This document shows, piece by piece, positions 47,202 through 60,989 of a stretch of DNA of 64,000 nucleotides (its first letter is position 1; every line of letters begins with the position of its first letter). The stretch covers positions 62,001 to 126,000 of the forward strand of contig NIVC01001569.1 of assembly GCA_002269645.1 (NCBI GenBank), written 5' to 3'. The notes under the pieces are model-generated. The model ran no database searches and was not told the origin of the DNA. It saw nothing but the letters and a program-made list of their open reading frames with translations. Position numbers and translations under genes: made by a program. The DNA is from Macrostomum lignano (Eukaryota).

Positions 47202-50200
47202 TCAAGCGTACCAACCCCGATAGTGCAAATCAGGCAATTTGGTTTTCCACCAGTCGCACAGGTCGGCCCGGGGGTCGGCGGTGGCTGTCGGGGCGGCGCC
47301 TCCGTCCACCAGGTTGACCAGCCTCCGGCCAGCCGAGTCGTAGCTCTCCCACCCGGATATTCGGCCAGTTCGAACGAACTCGCCGAATCGAGCTTGCCAG
47401 GCGGCAGACTGCTCTCGACTAGCGGCCTGCCTGCCGAGCAGCTGCATCAGGTCGAACCCGCCGAATGCCGCTTGAGTAGGGAACTGGCTCCAGGTGTGCG
47501 GCATCACCGGCTGCACCGGGCGGGTCGACATTAAATAGCGATAAAATCTGACATCCTCCGTTCCGTTTGCGGTTGCTAGGCGACGGGAGAACTCGATTAG
47601 GGAACAGGTTAGTCGGAGGTCTGTTACAATCTGAAATTGTTTGGAATTTTTCAGTTTGAACTTTAAGTTTTATGGTTTGTTTTCATTGTCTGGAGGGCGG
47701 CGACAGATGTCGGGTTTTGTCAGGTGTCCGGTGTCAGATATTAGGTGTCAGATGTCAGGTGTCAGATATCAGGTGTCAGGTATCAGGTGTCAGATATCAG
47801 GTGTCAGATGTCAGGTGTCAGATATCAGGTGTCAGATATCAGGTGTCAGATGTCAGGTGTCAGATATCAGGTGTCAGATATCAGGTGTCAGATATCAGGT
47901 GTCAGATATTAGGTGTCAGATATCAGGTGTCAGATATTAGGTGTCAGATATTAGGTGTCAGATATCAGGTGTCAGATATTAGGTGTCAGATGACAGGTGT
48001 CAGATATCAGGTGTCAGATATCAGGTGTCAGATGTCAGTTGTCAGATATTAGGTGTCAGATGTCAGGTGTCGGATATCATTTGTCAGATGTCAGGTGTCA
48101 GATGTCAGGTGTCGGATATCAGGTGTTATATGCCAGGTGTCAGATATCAGTTGTCAGATGTCAGGTGTCAGATGTCAGGTGTCAGATATGAGGTGTCAGA
48201 TATGAGATGTCAGATATCAGGTGTCTAATATCAGGTGTCGGATGTCAGGTGTCAGATATAAGGTGTCAGATATAAGGTGTCAGATATAAGGTGTCAGATA
48301 CAAGGTGTCAGATATGAGGTGTCAGATATGAGGTGTCAGATATGAGATGTCAGATATCAGGTGTCTAATATCAGGTGTCGGATATCAGGTGTCAGATATC
48401 AGGTGTCGGATATCAGGTGTCAGATATGAGGTGTCAGATATCAGGTGTCAGCTGTCGTGCTGGGTCTCATAAATTGAAATCCTCACCTGCGCATAGCGCA
48501 GCTCCACAGGCGTGCTGTCATTCCAATATCCCAGCTCCCGATACGAGCCGCTGGCTGCCGAGGCCAAACCAGCGCCGCTGGCTCCCCCAGCGGACAGCCT
48601 GTTATCAACATGCTCCAAAAAGTAGTTCTCCGGCCAGTGCCGGACAGTCGGATTGGCAAAGTACATTGCAGAGTCCTCCAGCATGGAGCCTTGCAGTAGT
48701 CAAGAGGAAATTTAAAATTCGAATTGTAGATTTGTCGAGTTCAAATATATTCACTCATATGAGGTATAACATGTTCTATTCTACACTGCTCCATTCTATC
48801 CTACACGACCCCATTTTATCCTACACTGCCCCATTCTATCCTACACTGCCCCATGCTATCCTACACTGCCCCATTCTATCCTACACTGCCCCATGCTATC
48901 CTACACTGCCCCATTCTATCCCACACTGCCCCATTCTATCCTACACTGCCCCATTCTATTCTACACTGCCCCATTCTATCCTACACTGCCCCATTCTATC
49001 CCACACTGCCCCATTCTATCCTACACATTCTATCCTACACATTCTATCCTACACATTCTATCCTACACATTCTATCCTACACATTCTATCTTACACATTC
49101 TATCCTTCACATTCTATCCTACACATTCTATCCTACACATTCTATCCGACACATTCTATCCGACACATTCTATCCGACACATTCTATCCGACACATTCTA
49201 TCCTACACATTCTATCCTACACATTCAATCCTACACATTCTATCCTACACATTCCATCCTACACATTCTATCCTACACATTCTATCCTACACATTCTATC
49301 CGACACATTCTATCCTACACATTCTATCCTACACATTCTATCCTACAGATTCTATCCTACACATTCTATCCTACACATTCTATCCGACACATTCTATCCT
49401 ACACATTCTATCCTACACCACCCCATTCTATCCTTCACATTCTATCCTTCACATTCTATCCTACACCACCCCATTCTATTCTACTCATTCTATCCGAAAC
49501 GTTCTATCTTATACATTCTATCCTACACATTCTATCCTACGCATTCTATCCTACACATTCTATCCTACACATTCTATCCTACAGATTCTATCCTACACAT
49601 TCTATCCTACACATTCTATCCTACAGATTCTATCCTACACATTCTATCCTACACATTCTACCCTACACATTCTATCCTACAGATTCTATCCAACACATTC
49701 TATCCTACACATTCTATCTTACACATTCTATCCTACACATTCTATCCTACACATTCTATCCTACACATTCTATCCTACACATTCTATCCTACACATTCTA
49801 TCTTACACATTCTATCCTTCACATTCTATCCTACACATTCTATCCTACACATTCTATCCGACACATTCTATCCGACACATTCTATCCGACACATTCTATC
49901 CGACACATTCTATCCTACACATTCTATCCTACACATTCTATCCTACACATTCTATCCTACACATTCCATCCTACACATTCTATCCGACACATTCTATCCT
50001 ACACATTCTATCCTACACCACCCCATTCTATCCTTCACATTCTATCCTTCACATTCTATCCTACACCACCCCATTCTATTCTACACATTCTATCCGAAAC
50101 GTTCTATCTTATACATTCTATCCTACACATTCTATCCTACGCATTCTATCCTACACATTCTATCCTACACATTCTATCCTACAGATTCTATCCTACACAT

Positions 50201-53200
50201 TCTATCCTACACATTCTATCCTACAGATTCTATCCTACACATTCTATCCTACACATTCTACCCTACACATTCTATCCTACAGATTCTATCCAACACATTC
50301 TATCCTACACATTCTATCCTACACATTCTATCCTACACATTCTGTCCTTCTCATTCTATCCTACACATTCTATCCTACACATTCTATCCTTCAAATTCTA
50401 TCCTACAGATTCTATCCTACACATTCTATCCTACACAGCCCCATTCTATCCTTCACATTCTATCCTACACCACCCAATTCTATTCTACACATTCTATCCA
50501 AAACGTTCTATCTTACACATTCTATCCTACACATTCTATCCTACACATTCTATCCTACGCATTCTACCCTACACATTCTATCCTACAAATTTTATCCTAC
50601 AGATTCTATCCTACACATTCTATCCTACAGATTCTATCCTACACATTCTATCTGACACATTTTTTTCCTACACATTCTATCCTACAGATTCTATCCTACA
50701 CATTCTATCCTACACATTCTATCCTACAGATTCTATCCTACAGATTCTATCCTACACATTCTATCCTACAGATTCTATCCTTCACATTCTATCCTACACA
50801 TTCTATCCTACACATTCTATCCCACAGATTCTATCCTACAGATTCTATCCTACACATTCTATCCTACACCACCCCATTCTATCCTTCACATTCTATCCTA
50901 CACCACCCCATTCTATTCTACACATTCTATCCAAAACGTTCTATCTTACACATTCTATCCTACGCATTCTACCCTACACATTCTATCTTACAGATTCTAC
51001 CCTACACATTCTATCCTACAGATTCTATCCTACACAGCCCCATGCTATCCCGGAGCTCTCACCCAGCACCATCGGCTTTGTCAGCCTCCACCACATTGCC
51101 GCATCAATTGGCGAATGGACCAGCTGAAACCCGTCGATCACGGAGAAGCCACGCCGTCTCACCGACCGCCCGGCCAAGGCGGGCACGTCGAAAAAGTCGG
51201 ACCGCAGCTCGTCGTTGATGCGCGCCCAGCTGACCGAGGCGGAGAAGCTGGTCGCGTTCAGTGCAGCTCGGCAGGAGGCCCTCAGGCAGGAACTCAGACT
51301 GAAGAGTGGTTAAAGAGGATAACAGACAGGTTCGTTTTTATGTTTTTTAACTCTAAAGGCCAGTTTGTGGCCTGCATGGTTCGCCAGGAATCGAAACCAT
51401 GAACTTCTGTGCAGGAGTTGAACGTGTTACCGTTGATATTCTCCCTTCATCTCGCCCCTTCACATTCTCCCTTTATCTCATTCCTTTATTTTCTCCCTTC
51501 ATCTCATCCCTTCATATTCTCCCTTCATCCTCCTTTTATCTCCCTTCATCCTTTATGTTCTCCCTTCATCTCATCCCTTCATATTCTCCCTTCCTCTCTT
51601 CCCGTCGTATTCTCCCTTTATCTCTTTCCATCATACTCTCCCTTCATCTCCTCTTTTCCTCTCTTGCCTCATCTGATCTACACATTGGTCTGGCATATAT
51701 TCTTGCCGGCGTTCCCCCTCAAACATTCTGTCAAAGTCAAATCCCCAATTAGTTGAACATCAAATTACTCACCGCCTGTCCATATCAACAGCGCCTCTCA
51801 ACGGCTGCTCAGCATTAAGAGGCGGACTTGACAGCCACAGCTTGTGGAACAGGTGGTCGTACCGGCCGGACTGAGCCATGCCAAGGACCACCGACGCGCT
51901 GGAACCGAAACCGACGAGAACCACCTGGACGGGTTGTGAGAAAGAGAGAATAATAATACTGAATAATTAGGGCTAAGCTGACCCCTACAACAAGATTTAT
52001 TATCATGAATATGATTTGGTCTAATTAGCTGATAATTAAATCATAGAATGCATAATTATGGCTGCCATCTATTGCAGTCAAACCTACAATGGCTAATAAC
52101 TTGGGTTTTCTAATTCCAATACTTTCAGGACCAAGCTATACTCTCCAGTTCTATCCTGCTGTACCCAATTTATCCTAATCTACTCTCCTTATCCTCACAC
52201 TCTGAGACTCTACCCCATAATCTACCCCCATACCACACTCCATACTCTACCACATACTCTACTCCCATACCAAACTCCATGATCTACTCCCATACCAAAC
52301 TCCATACTCTATTCCATAATTCACCCCATACTCCAACCCATGCTCTTACCCCATACTACACTCCATACTCTACCCCATACTCTACTTACATACCACACTC
52401 CATGCTTTACTCCAGTAGCAAACTCCATACTCTATCCCATAATCCATTTCATACTCCACCCCATACTCTTACTCCATACTACACTCCATACTCTACTCCA
52501 TACTCCACCCCATACTCTACCCCTCACTCTACCCATACTCTACCCCATACTCCAACCCATACTCTTACCCATATTACACTCCATACTCTACCCCACAATC
52601 TACCCCATACCCTACCCCACAATCTACCCCATACTCTACCCCTCACTCTACCCCATACTCTACCCCATACTCTACCCCATACCCTACCCCACAATCTACC
52701 CCATACTCTACCCCACACTCCACCCCATACTCACATTATCCGGCGCCCCGCCGAAGGCTCTAACATTGATTCTGAGCCAGCGCAACGCCTCGGCCACGTC
52801 ACTGATGGGCAGATTTCCGGCCACCCTGTTCGGTGACTCGTCCGTCAGGTCCGGGTGGACGACGAAGCCCAGCGGACCCAGCCGGTGCCGGACAGACGCC
52901 AGCACGAAGCCTGAGGCCACCAGACTGTCGGGCGGATTCAACAGCAGACTGGGAGGCGAGTAGATGCTCAACAAGCTTGACAGCAGCACTACTGTTGGCA
53001 GGTTGGCTCCGGGCTTCTCTGCTGGAGTTGCCAAGTCCAGGTACAGGCAATCTGTGGAGCCCTCCAAACCAGCTGTGGGAGAATCTCCCATGCCAGCGTA
53101 CTGCAGACACATCGGGACTGCATCAGCGCTGTGCGGGTACCGGAGCCTGCGCTGATGCCAAGCCGTGTTAGCTTCCTCTGACGTCATCGCCCAGACCTCT

Positions 53201-54554
53201 CGGCAGGCTGTCTGGCTGTCAATGGGCTGGGCTGGCAACAGCAGCCTGGTGCCATTGGGTCTCAGGGCGTAGGGGATCCCGGTGAACCTGTACACCATAG
53301 CTGAGCCGCTGCCAGTCACCGAGGTGGCCGTTAAAACCCCGCACGTCGTTTCTCGTCGAGTTCCGCTTGCTTCCCGGCGTCTGTTGTCGGCATTTCTGGC
53401 GGCAGCTGCGGCTTGAAGACTCTGCTGATAGTGACGATTGCTGACCAGGACTGTGGGCAGGGTGATGACTAGGATGACAGCTAGCGCTATTAGAAGCAGA
53501 ATTATTGCAGCCAGAATTAGTCTGGGCCGGCTGGATAGGAACCCGGATTTCTGGTTGTCCTGCTGGTCCAGCCAGTAGCTGCCAATTGCATCCGTGGAGC
53601 TCTCGCCTGGCGGCTCCGAGTTGAAGGCCACTTTGGGGCCCGAGACAGTGAACACGGGCAGATCCTGCGGCCTCTGCTGCTTGCTAGAGGAGTTCTCGAA
53701 AAAGTTCTCCGTGCTCTGCTGGCGGCGTTTGAAAGAGAATGGAGTGACAGTGAGAGTGACAGTGGGAGTGACAGTGACAGTGACAGTGGGAGTGACAGTG
53801 ACAGTGACAGTGACAGTGGGAGTGACAGTGGGAGTGACAGTGGGAGTGACAGTGGGAGTGACAGTGACAGTGACAGTGACAGTGGGAGTGACAGTGGGAG
53901 TGACAGTGGGAGTGACCGTAGGAGTGACAGTGACAGTGACAGTGACAGTGACATTGTGAGTGACAGTGAGAGTGACAGCTAGAGTGACAGTCGTAGTGAC
54001 AATAGGAGTGACAGTAGGAGTGACAGTAGGAGTGACAATGGGAGTGACAGTGGGAGTGATAGTAGGAGTGACAGTAGGAGTGACAGTAGGAGTGACAGTG
54101 GGAGTGACAGTAGGAGTCACAGTGGGAATCACAGTGGGAGTCACAGTAGGGAGTGACAGCAGGAGTGACAGTAGGAGTGACAGTGGGAGTGACAGTGGGA
54201 GTGACAGTAGAAGTGACAGTAGGAGTGACAGTAATATTGACAGTAGGAGTGACAGTAGGAGTGACAGCAAGAGTGACAGTAGGAGTGACAGTAGGAGTGA
54301 CAGCAAGAGTAACAGTGATCGTCACGACAGGAGTGACATCAGGAGTGACATTACAAAGTATTGCTTTGAGCACTTACTAGCTGATAGTCGGGGTTCGCAA
54401 TGCCCCTGAGTGTGCCATCGCTCATAGGATCCGCGTAGGAGAATCTCTGAGTCGCCACCTGCTTGTTTTGCTTCTGCTGCAGCTGCCGCTGATGCCTTCC
54501 GTTGCCATAGCGACCGGAGAATCCGCCGTCGTCAGGTTCGTAGTTATTTGCCAT
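47202..54554 (-). CDS. Catalytically inactive type II membrane carboxyl/cholinesterase-like protein, neurotactin-like (726 aa). Exons 54554-54378, 53718-52735, 51924-51773, 51298-51063, 48689-48487, 47630-47202
   Basis: Exons join in frame (2181 nt). A cytoplasmic N-terminus and one TM helix ([21 protein letters not shown]) precede type-B esterase motifs [40 protein letters not shown]. The nucleophile elbow reads GFGSS instead of GESAG. Confidence 0.85.
47720..48450. repeat. Intronic 7/14-bp repeat (TCAGGTGTCAGATA)n
   Basis: Direct reading. Confidence 0.95.
48770..51040. repeat. Intronic 14-bp satellite (CACATTCTATCCTA)n, about 2.3 kb
   Basis: Direct reading. It produces the 600-947 aa artefact ORFs. 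Confidence 0.95.
52140..52730. repeat. Intronic 12-bp repeat (CTACCCCATACT)n
   Basis: Direct reading. Confidence 0.9.
53742..54345. repeat. Intronic hexamer/12-mer repeat (GTGACA/GGAGTGACAGTA)n
   Basis: Direct reading. Confidence 0.95.
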
Positions 54555-55356
54555 GATAATCTTCTGCTTTTTCTAAGGATTATCAGATGGCTGTACTTGT
54601 ACTTTTACTACTACTACTACTAGAAATCAAATCGCTAGCTTTTATCACTGTGCATCTATTTGAGTCTATTTATGAGTAATTTTAAATGCTTAAATATAGC
54701 CGCTTACCTGTGCAGTATACTAGGTAAAGTGCTAAAACTGGGCGTACTCCTCTCGCTGCTTCCGAAGTCTCAAAAGCCTCCAACTGCTCTGTCGGCCCTC
54801 TTCGGCCTCCGCTTGAATTCTGACAGCCCCTCTCTCCCCTCCCCTCACCACCGGGGTCGCAGACCCTCCCCCGCTGCATCCGACCTCTCGCTCCTCAATT
54901 CCTATAGGCGTGGCCCTTGCCCTGGCCTAAGCTGCTCATGAAAAACACATGTGAGCATGGGCTCTGCAACAGACAGAATCTCTTCCTCTCCCTGCACCTC
55001 TTCTCAAACCGCTTCCCATACCACCCACCCCAACCGAATGAGTACAGTACTCACAGTGCAGCCTGTGTGTGAGCCCTGTGGGTTGACAAAGAATTCACAG
55101 GGGTGAACATAATTGGGTATACAGCCTCTGCACTAGGGCACAGCTGCTGCCAGAGCTGTTTACTACAGTATTAGGAGACCCTTGGCCGAGAGACCACAAA
55201 AAAGAGAAGAGCTGCGAGGGCAGGGCGCGGCTAATCAATAGTATAAACTATCGATCGGCGAATTTTGCAAGCTTTTTTGTTGTAGGCTTCTTTTTTTAGC
55301 TTTCATGAAATCGGGACCTTAGCACGTGCATAACAGTTTTCATGATAGTCGCCTGA

Positions 55357-55590
<234 letters not shown>

Positions 55591-55993
55591 TTTCCTTTTC
55601 ACCTTCTTCGCCAACAAAAGTGCCAAACCGTATTAGAAGATAATCTTTACTGCAGGTGAGCTAAGTTTACTGTAGGTTTAAGTTTGCACAGCCAATTGAC
55701 AATAAAAGAGACTCACAAGAAGCCGGGAGAGAGTGAGAGACCAGAGAGCAGAGAGCGTACAATCTCTTCCAGAAACTCTGCCCCTTCATTTTTTTCAAAA
55801 AAGACTAACTCACCTGTGCCCTTGGCAACCGAGACACCTGCGTCTTTTGGTGGGACGAGGGCTGAGAGCTGGCTTTAGACTGCATCTGCTCCAGCAGATA
55901 CGCACATTAAGAAGAATAATAACTAAGACTGTAAAAGGCTACCGAGGCGAAAGACTGAAAATTTGCTAGGCTCAAGCTCAGACTCAAAGCGCC

Positions 55994-57379
55994 ATGGCAG
56001 CTCAGGTGCAACCGGCTGCTCCATCCGACAAACGCCTGGCAAATCACCTCCGGGTCCGCAAAACCGAAGCACGGCCGGGCAGAACTCTGTTCGGCAGCGT
56101 GCTCGAGCGGATACCGGACTCGGAGCTCCAGGCCGCTCAGCCTCAGCTCGATGCCGCCCTCGCCGTCTCCGAGGACGTCGCCTGGAAGCCCGTGGCGATG
56201 CGTCGCGAGCGGCCCCAGCCGGAGCCGCTGCCGGCCGAGCTGGCCGACTACCTGCGCCAGCAGCACGCGCCCGACATTCAACGTCACTCGCGCGAACTAG
56301 ACGAGCATCGAAAACGATTGCAGGTGCGCGAACGTCGAATCAACCTGATGGAGCGGGACGCCAAGTACGTCTTCGACTTGCCGCACCCGTTGGACTCGCT
56401 GCCAACCACCAGGCGGAACTACGGCGCCAGGCCTCGCTGGATGACCGCCGGGGATCTGGCGCACTCGGCCGAGGTCAATCCAGACTTCATGGCACCGGGG
56501 GTCAGGAACTTCAACCGGGACAAGTACCGCCGCCTCCCTGAGGCACACAGCTATGCGCTGGTTGGCGACCCGCTGAGGAAGGGCATGGAGTTCGACAATG
56601 GCGGGCCGCCACCGCCTCTGCCTGGTTGTGTGCGGCCGGGTGAGTGCTCTGGTAGTCTGTCACTCTCCATTGTCTATTTGATCTGGTAGTCTGTCACTCT
56701 CCATTGTCTATTTGATCTGGTAGTCTGTCACTCTCCATTGTCTATTTGATCTGGTAGTCTGTCACTCACCATTGTCTATTTGATCTGGTTGTCTGTCACT
56801 CTCAATTGCCTGTTCCTGACTGTCAATACGAACTTTTCTCGTCGCCATTCCGCCGCAGACCGCCCGGTCCTGAACTCACGAACCAAGCAGCGCCAGCAGA
56901 CGATGCGCCGCCTGCCGCCCAGCAGTCAGCTGGTGAACGGCATCGATGTGCCCATGCGGCTGATGCACCAGTTCGGCACAGAGGTCTGTCACAACCTGCT
57001 GAGCAGCCGGGAGGCCGTGCTGGACACCAGCCGGAAGCTGCAGCAGAAGAAGAAATTTCGGCAGGAGCCAGCGGGGGAAGCAGATCAGCAATCGGCGGCA
57101 GCCCAGCTGGAGACTGGCGACCCTACCTACGAACAGCTGGGCAACGCCCTGCGCACTAATGTCTTCGGACGGGGTCACAGCGTCAATCAGCGAGTGAGTT
57201 CGAATCACTTGGACTATACTCAAGCTCAGTTCGAGCAGCGCGAGCCAATACCAGATGCTTATCGCTACAAGAAAGACCACGTGTCTCGCTGGGCGGAGGC
57301 CAACGTGCTGGAGATGCGCATGAAAAAGGCGCTGCAGGATCGCATGGATCGGATGCTGCATAAGAAGGCCGACGATTAA
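55994..57379 (+). CDS. TEX33: TEX33-like protein (388 aa; exons 55994-56639, 56859-57379)
   Basis: Phase-1 intron CCG G|GTGAGT ... CCGCAG|AC. The C-terminal region (PMRLMHQFG..LL, YEQLGNALRTNVF, DY, KKDHVSRWAEANVL..MKKAL) recalls the TEX33 domain (IRHKFG, YDLGYNMRSNLF, RKTDDLGRWHQKNAM..LQKAL). Match is from memory of the family, not from a search. Confidence 0.65.
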
Positions 57380-59416
57380 TTTGTATAAATTTTGCGTGTT
57401 TTTAACGACTGAATTTTTAACCTATGGAGTTGTCTCGAGTATATTTTATATATTCATTTCTAAATTAAGAATGAATTAGTTTTACACTGTCCACACCATA
57501 ATTTTTTCAATTCAACTATATTTGGACTCGCTGATAATAAAATAAACACAGATTGCTTAAATTCTTTCTAAATTTACTACCAAATAGAGACCGACCGAGT
57601 CCAAAAAAATTCGTCAAAACATCGTGTGTCGATCGCAGAATTAAATATTCAAGTTCAGCTAGCTATATAAGTAGCTATATAATTAAAACGATGCAATAAT
57701 TTACTTTAAAAGCAGAATATAAATTAATCAGAAATTTATTTGGGCTCCGAAAATTAAAAGTTTTAGCTTTCCAATACTATTCATAAAATGGCGATTTCTT
57801 GTTATTGTAAAATAGGTTATTCGACGCAACTCTAACAATTGTTTACGCAGTTCTTTGCTTTAAAAATTGAATTTCAGTGTAAAGGTGAAACTTTTAAATT
57901 TCCGTCAAGAACAAATTCTTGACGGAATTTGTTTAAAACATTATAACAAAAACCATAGTTTAAGAAATTAGCTCGTGACTTTAAAACACAAACCGTAAAA
58001 AGTATCTCATTAATATTACGCGTTTATAAAAATAAAGAGAATAAATAATTTTACTAAAAACTTTTTTCTCTCGAAAACAAAATATTCTTATACTTAAATT
58101 ATCGTGGACGGAGAAAAAATCATTTCGTTTCTTTTACTATTTCCGTCGGTCCATTTTGTCCCAAGGGATTGTTCGGTTAGAAATAATATATGTTTTCTGT
58201 CATTCCATTCTAAATTCTAACTTATTTTTACCAATATACTATAGATACTCTAATTTATTAAAGAAATTGGTTGGTTGTTTTTATCTGACTCATCACGAAA
58301 CATAAAAATAATAGTTGAAAGGGTAAGTTCTGCAGACAGATTTCGATTAAAAAATTTGTAAAAGTGTTACTGTAAGTGGACAATTTTAAAGCGTTGTGGC
58401 AATAATATAATAATTTCAATATTGTATGTTACAGGTGCTACATTTATATATCTAGAAATAAATAAATATTTCATCAAGTTTATGATAAACTTTCTATAGT
58501 TATCTGTCATGAATCTCTTGTTCTCATCTAAATCGATACTTGCAGCATTAGACTTTTGGTTAGAAAGTCTTTAAAAGTTTTTCTTATATAGCAAAGCTCT
58601 TAGGTTTTAAAAAAATAGAATGATGCAAGCATATTTAATTTATTGTTATGAATTACGAGTAGTTTAGGCAAGCTAATTATCAGCTAAAATATACATCGGT
58701 TACTTAATAAATTGTCTACATTTTTGTTGTAAATCTCTCTCTTCTTATGAATTCGCATACAGGTACATGTAGCATATATTTAAGTTTTAAACTGCTTCTA
58801 AAATGTAATTACCCAGCCATTACTTGTGCTTTAAAAATGTACATACAGCACGACTGTAGGGACTGTAGTGTTAAAAATCCAACATCTATTAAATAAAAAC
58901 CATTTCTGACTTCCATTACTGCTAATTTGCTTAGCTTGTACTTTTGTTGCAATCTCCTAATTGTTTTTTACCCTCTCCCGAGCTTCAGACAATGGGGGGG
59001 GAGAAATGATGTTTCCTATACTGGCTGACTGACAGGCTGGCTGATCAAATGAACGAATGAGACTGTGGAACTTTTCTGTGAATTTTCCTTGCCTCACATA
59101 TAATAATAATATTGATTAATATTACACTGCCAGTAGGCTCGGTGCTAGAGACTGGATGCAGTGAGCTATGAGAGGCTGGCTTGGCGATAAGGTGAAGCAG
59201 GATGCGGAGTTGCGTGCCGAACTTGGCATGAGGGAAGAATGGCATCGGATAGCCATAGGGTGGGGATCGCGGGGCAGAGTAAGTAAGGAATGATGAGGCT
59301 CGGAGGCTGGGGAGCAGATTTGGATGCCCTGCGAGATAGATGCAGACTGCTTTGCGATCGTGACGTCAAGAGTGCGCGAGCAGCACATTTTCCACGCTGG
59401 ACTCTGCCTCTTCATC

Positions 59417-59501
<85 letters not shown>

Positions 59502-59659
59502 TGCACACCTCTTTTTCATCAATTTTTTTTACTTCCTGTTGTGCTCACCTACTTGTCACGTACTCTGTTTAAACGTGATTCATTTCGTGGTTCATTTCGA
59601 AAGAACAAATAATATCGTGTATTTGCGTCTGTGTTTGATGTAAATGCGACTATTTTAAA

Positions 59660-60250
59660 TGTCTGTTTGCAATGTGTCTGTTTGCAATGTGTCTGCTTGC
59701 AATGTGTCTGTTTGTAATGTGTCTGCTTGTAATGTGTCTGTTTGCAATGTGTCTGTTTGCAATTTGTCTCCAATTTGCAATGTGTCTACATGTAATGTGT
59801 CTGCTTGCAATGTGTCTGTTTGTAATGTGTCTGCTTGCAATGTGTCTGCTTGCAATGTGTCTGCTTGCAATGTGTCTGCTTGCAATGTGTCTGTTTGTAA
59901 TGTATCTGCTTGCAATGTGTCTGTTTGCAATGTGTCTCCAATTTGCAATGTGTCTGCTTACAACGCGACCGCTTGCAATGTGTCTGCCTGCAATGTGTCT
60001 GCATGCAATGTGTCTACATGCAATGTGTCTACATGCAATGTGTCTACATGCAATGTGTCTACATGCAATGTGTCTGCATGCAATGTGTCTACATGCAATG
60101 TGTCTACATGCAATGTGTCTACATGCAATGTGTCTGCATGCAATGTGTCTGCATGCAATGTGTCTGCATGCAATGTGTCTGCATGCAATGTGTCTGCATG
60201 CAATGTGTCTGCATGCAATGTGTCTACATGCAATGTGTCTGCATGCAATA
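59660..60250. repeat. 15-bp repeat (TGCAATGTGTCTGCA)n
   Basis: Direct reading. Confidence 0.95.
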
Positions 60251-60989
60251 AGTCTCCTATTTACAATACGTGTCGGTTGGCCGTTTTGGAGAAGAAAAGA
60301 ATGATGTCAGGAAAACGGCGCAACCCCCTCGCTCGCGGCAGCGCTCACGCAGGCGGAGACAGAGGAATCAAAGACAGGCAGAGGGAAGGGGAAGGCAGGG
60401 TATAGCGAGGCCGATACACAAGAGAAGCCTCAGCTTGAGCCTGAGGAAGAGAGAGAAAGAGAGAGAGAGGCAGGGAGGGAGAAGGATAGATCTGCTGGGA
60501 AGCCAGAGGAACCCGCCTCACGGACATGCATACAGCAGCTACCTTTGCTTGAGCACCCTGAGCATGAAGCTGGCGAGCACGAATTTGACCGCGGCCTGTG
60601 AGCAGGGGACGGAACTGATGATGGCAATAACTACTATATATACTACTATAGTATAGTCAAGTCCTTTCTGGACTTAAGTGGATCCCTGCATCCGGGGAGG
60701 CTCGAGAAGAGCTCCTCCCAGTCTTTTCCTGCGTGTGACAGCTGAGACCTTGAGCAGACTGTATTTGGCCGGATAAAAAAATGACCTACTTTAATCTTCA
60801 TCTTGATGTCTCTTTATTGCGCAGATGAGCTCGAATTGCTTTGATAGTTATGCCCCCCCCCCTGCTGGCGCTGATCTGAAATTTGAAGCTTAATATTCAG
60901 CGGATTAACCTAATAACAATGATGCTCTGCTGGGTGGATGCAATTTATTAGTTTCCCATTTCCTTTCTACGGCTAACAATTGATGGTTA

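Noticed and set aside
47202-54554. Active acetylcholinesterase or neuroligin
   Set aside because: The catalytic Ser, His and oxyanion hole are missing, and the TM helix is N-terminal to the esterase domain (type II), unlike neuroligin.
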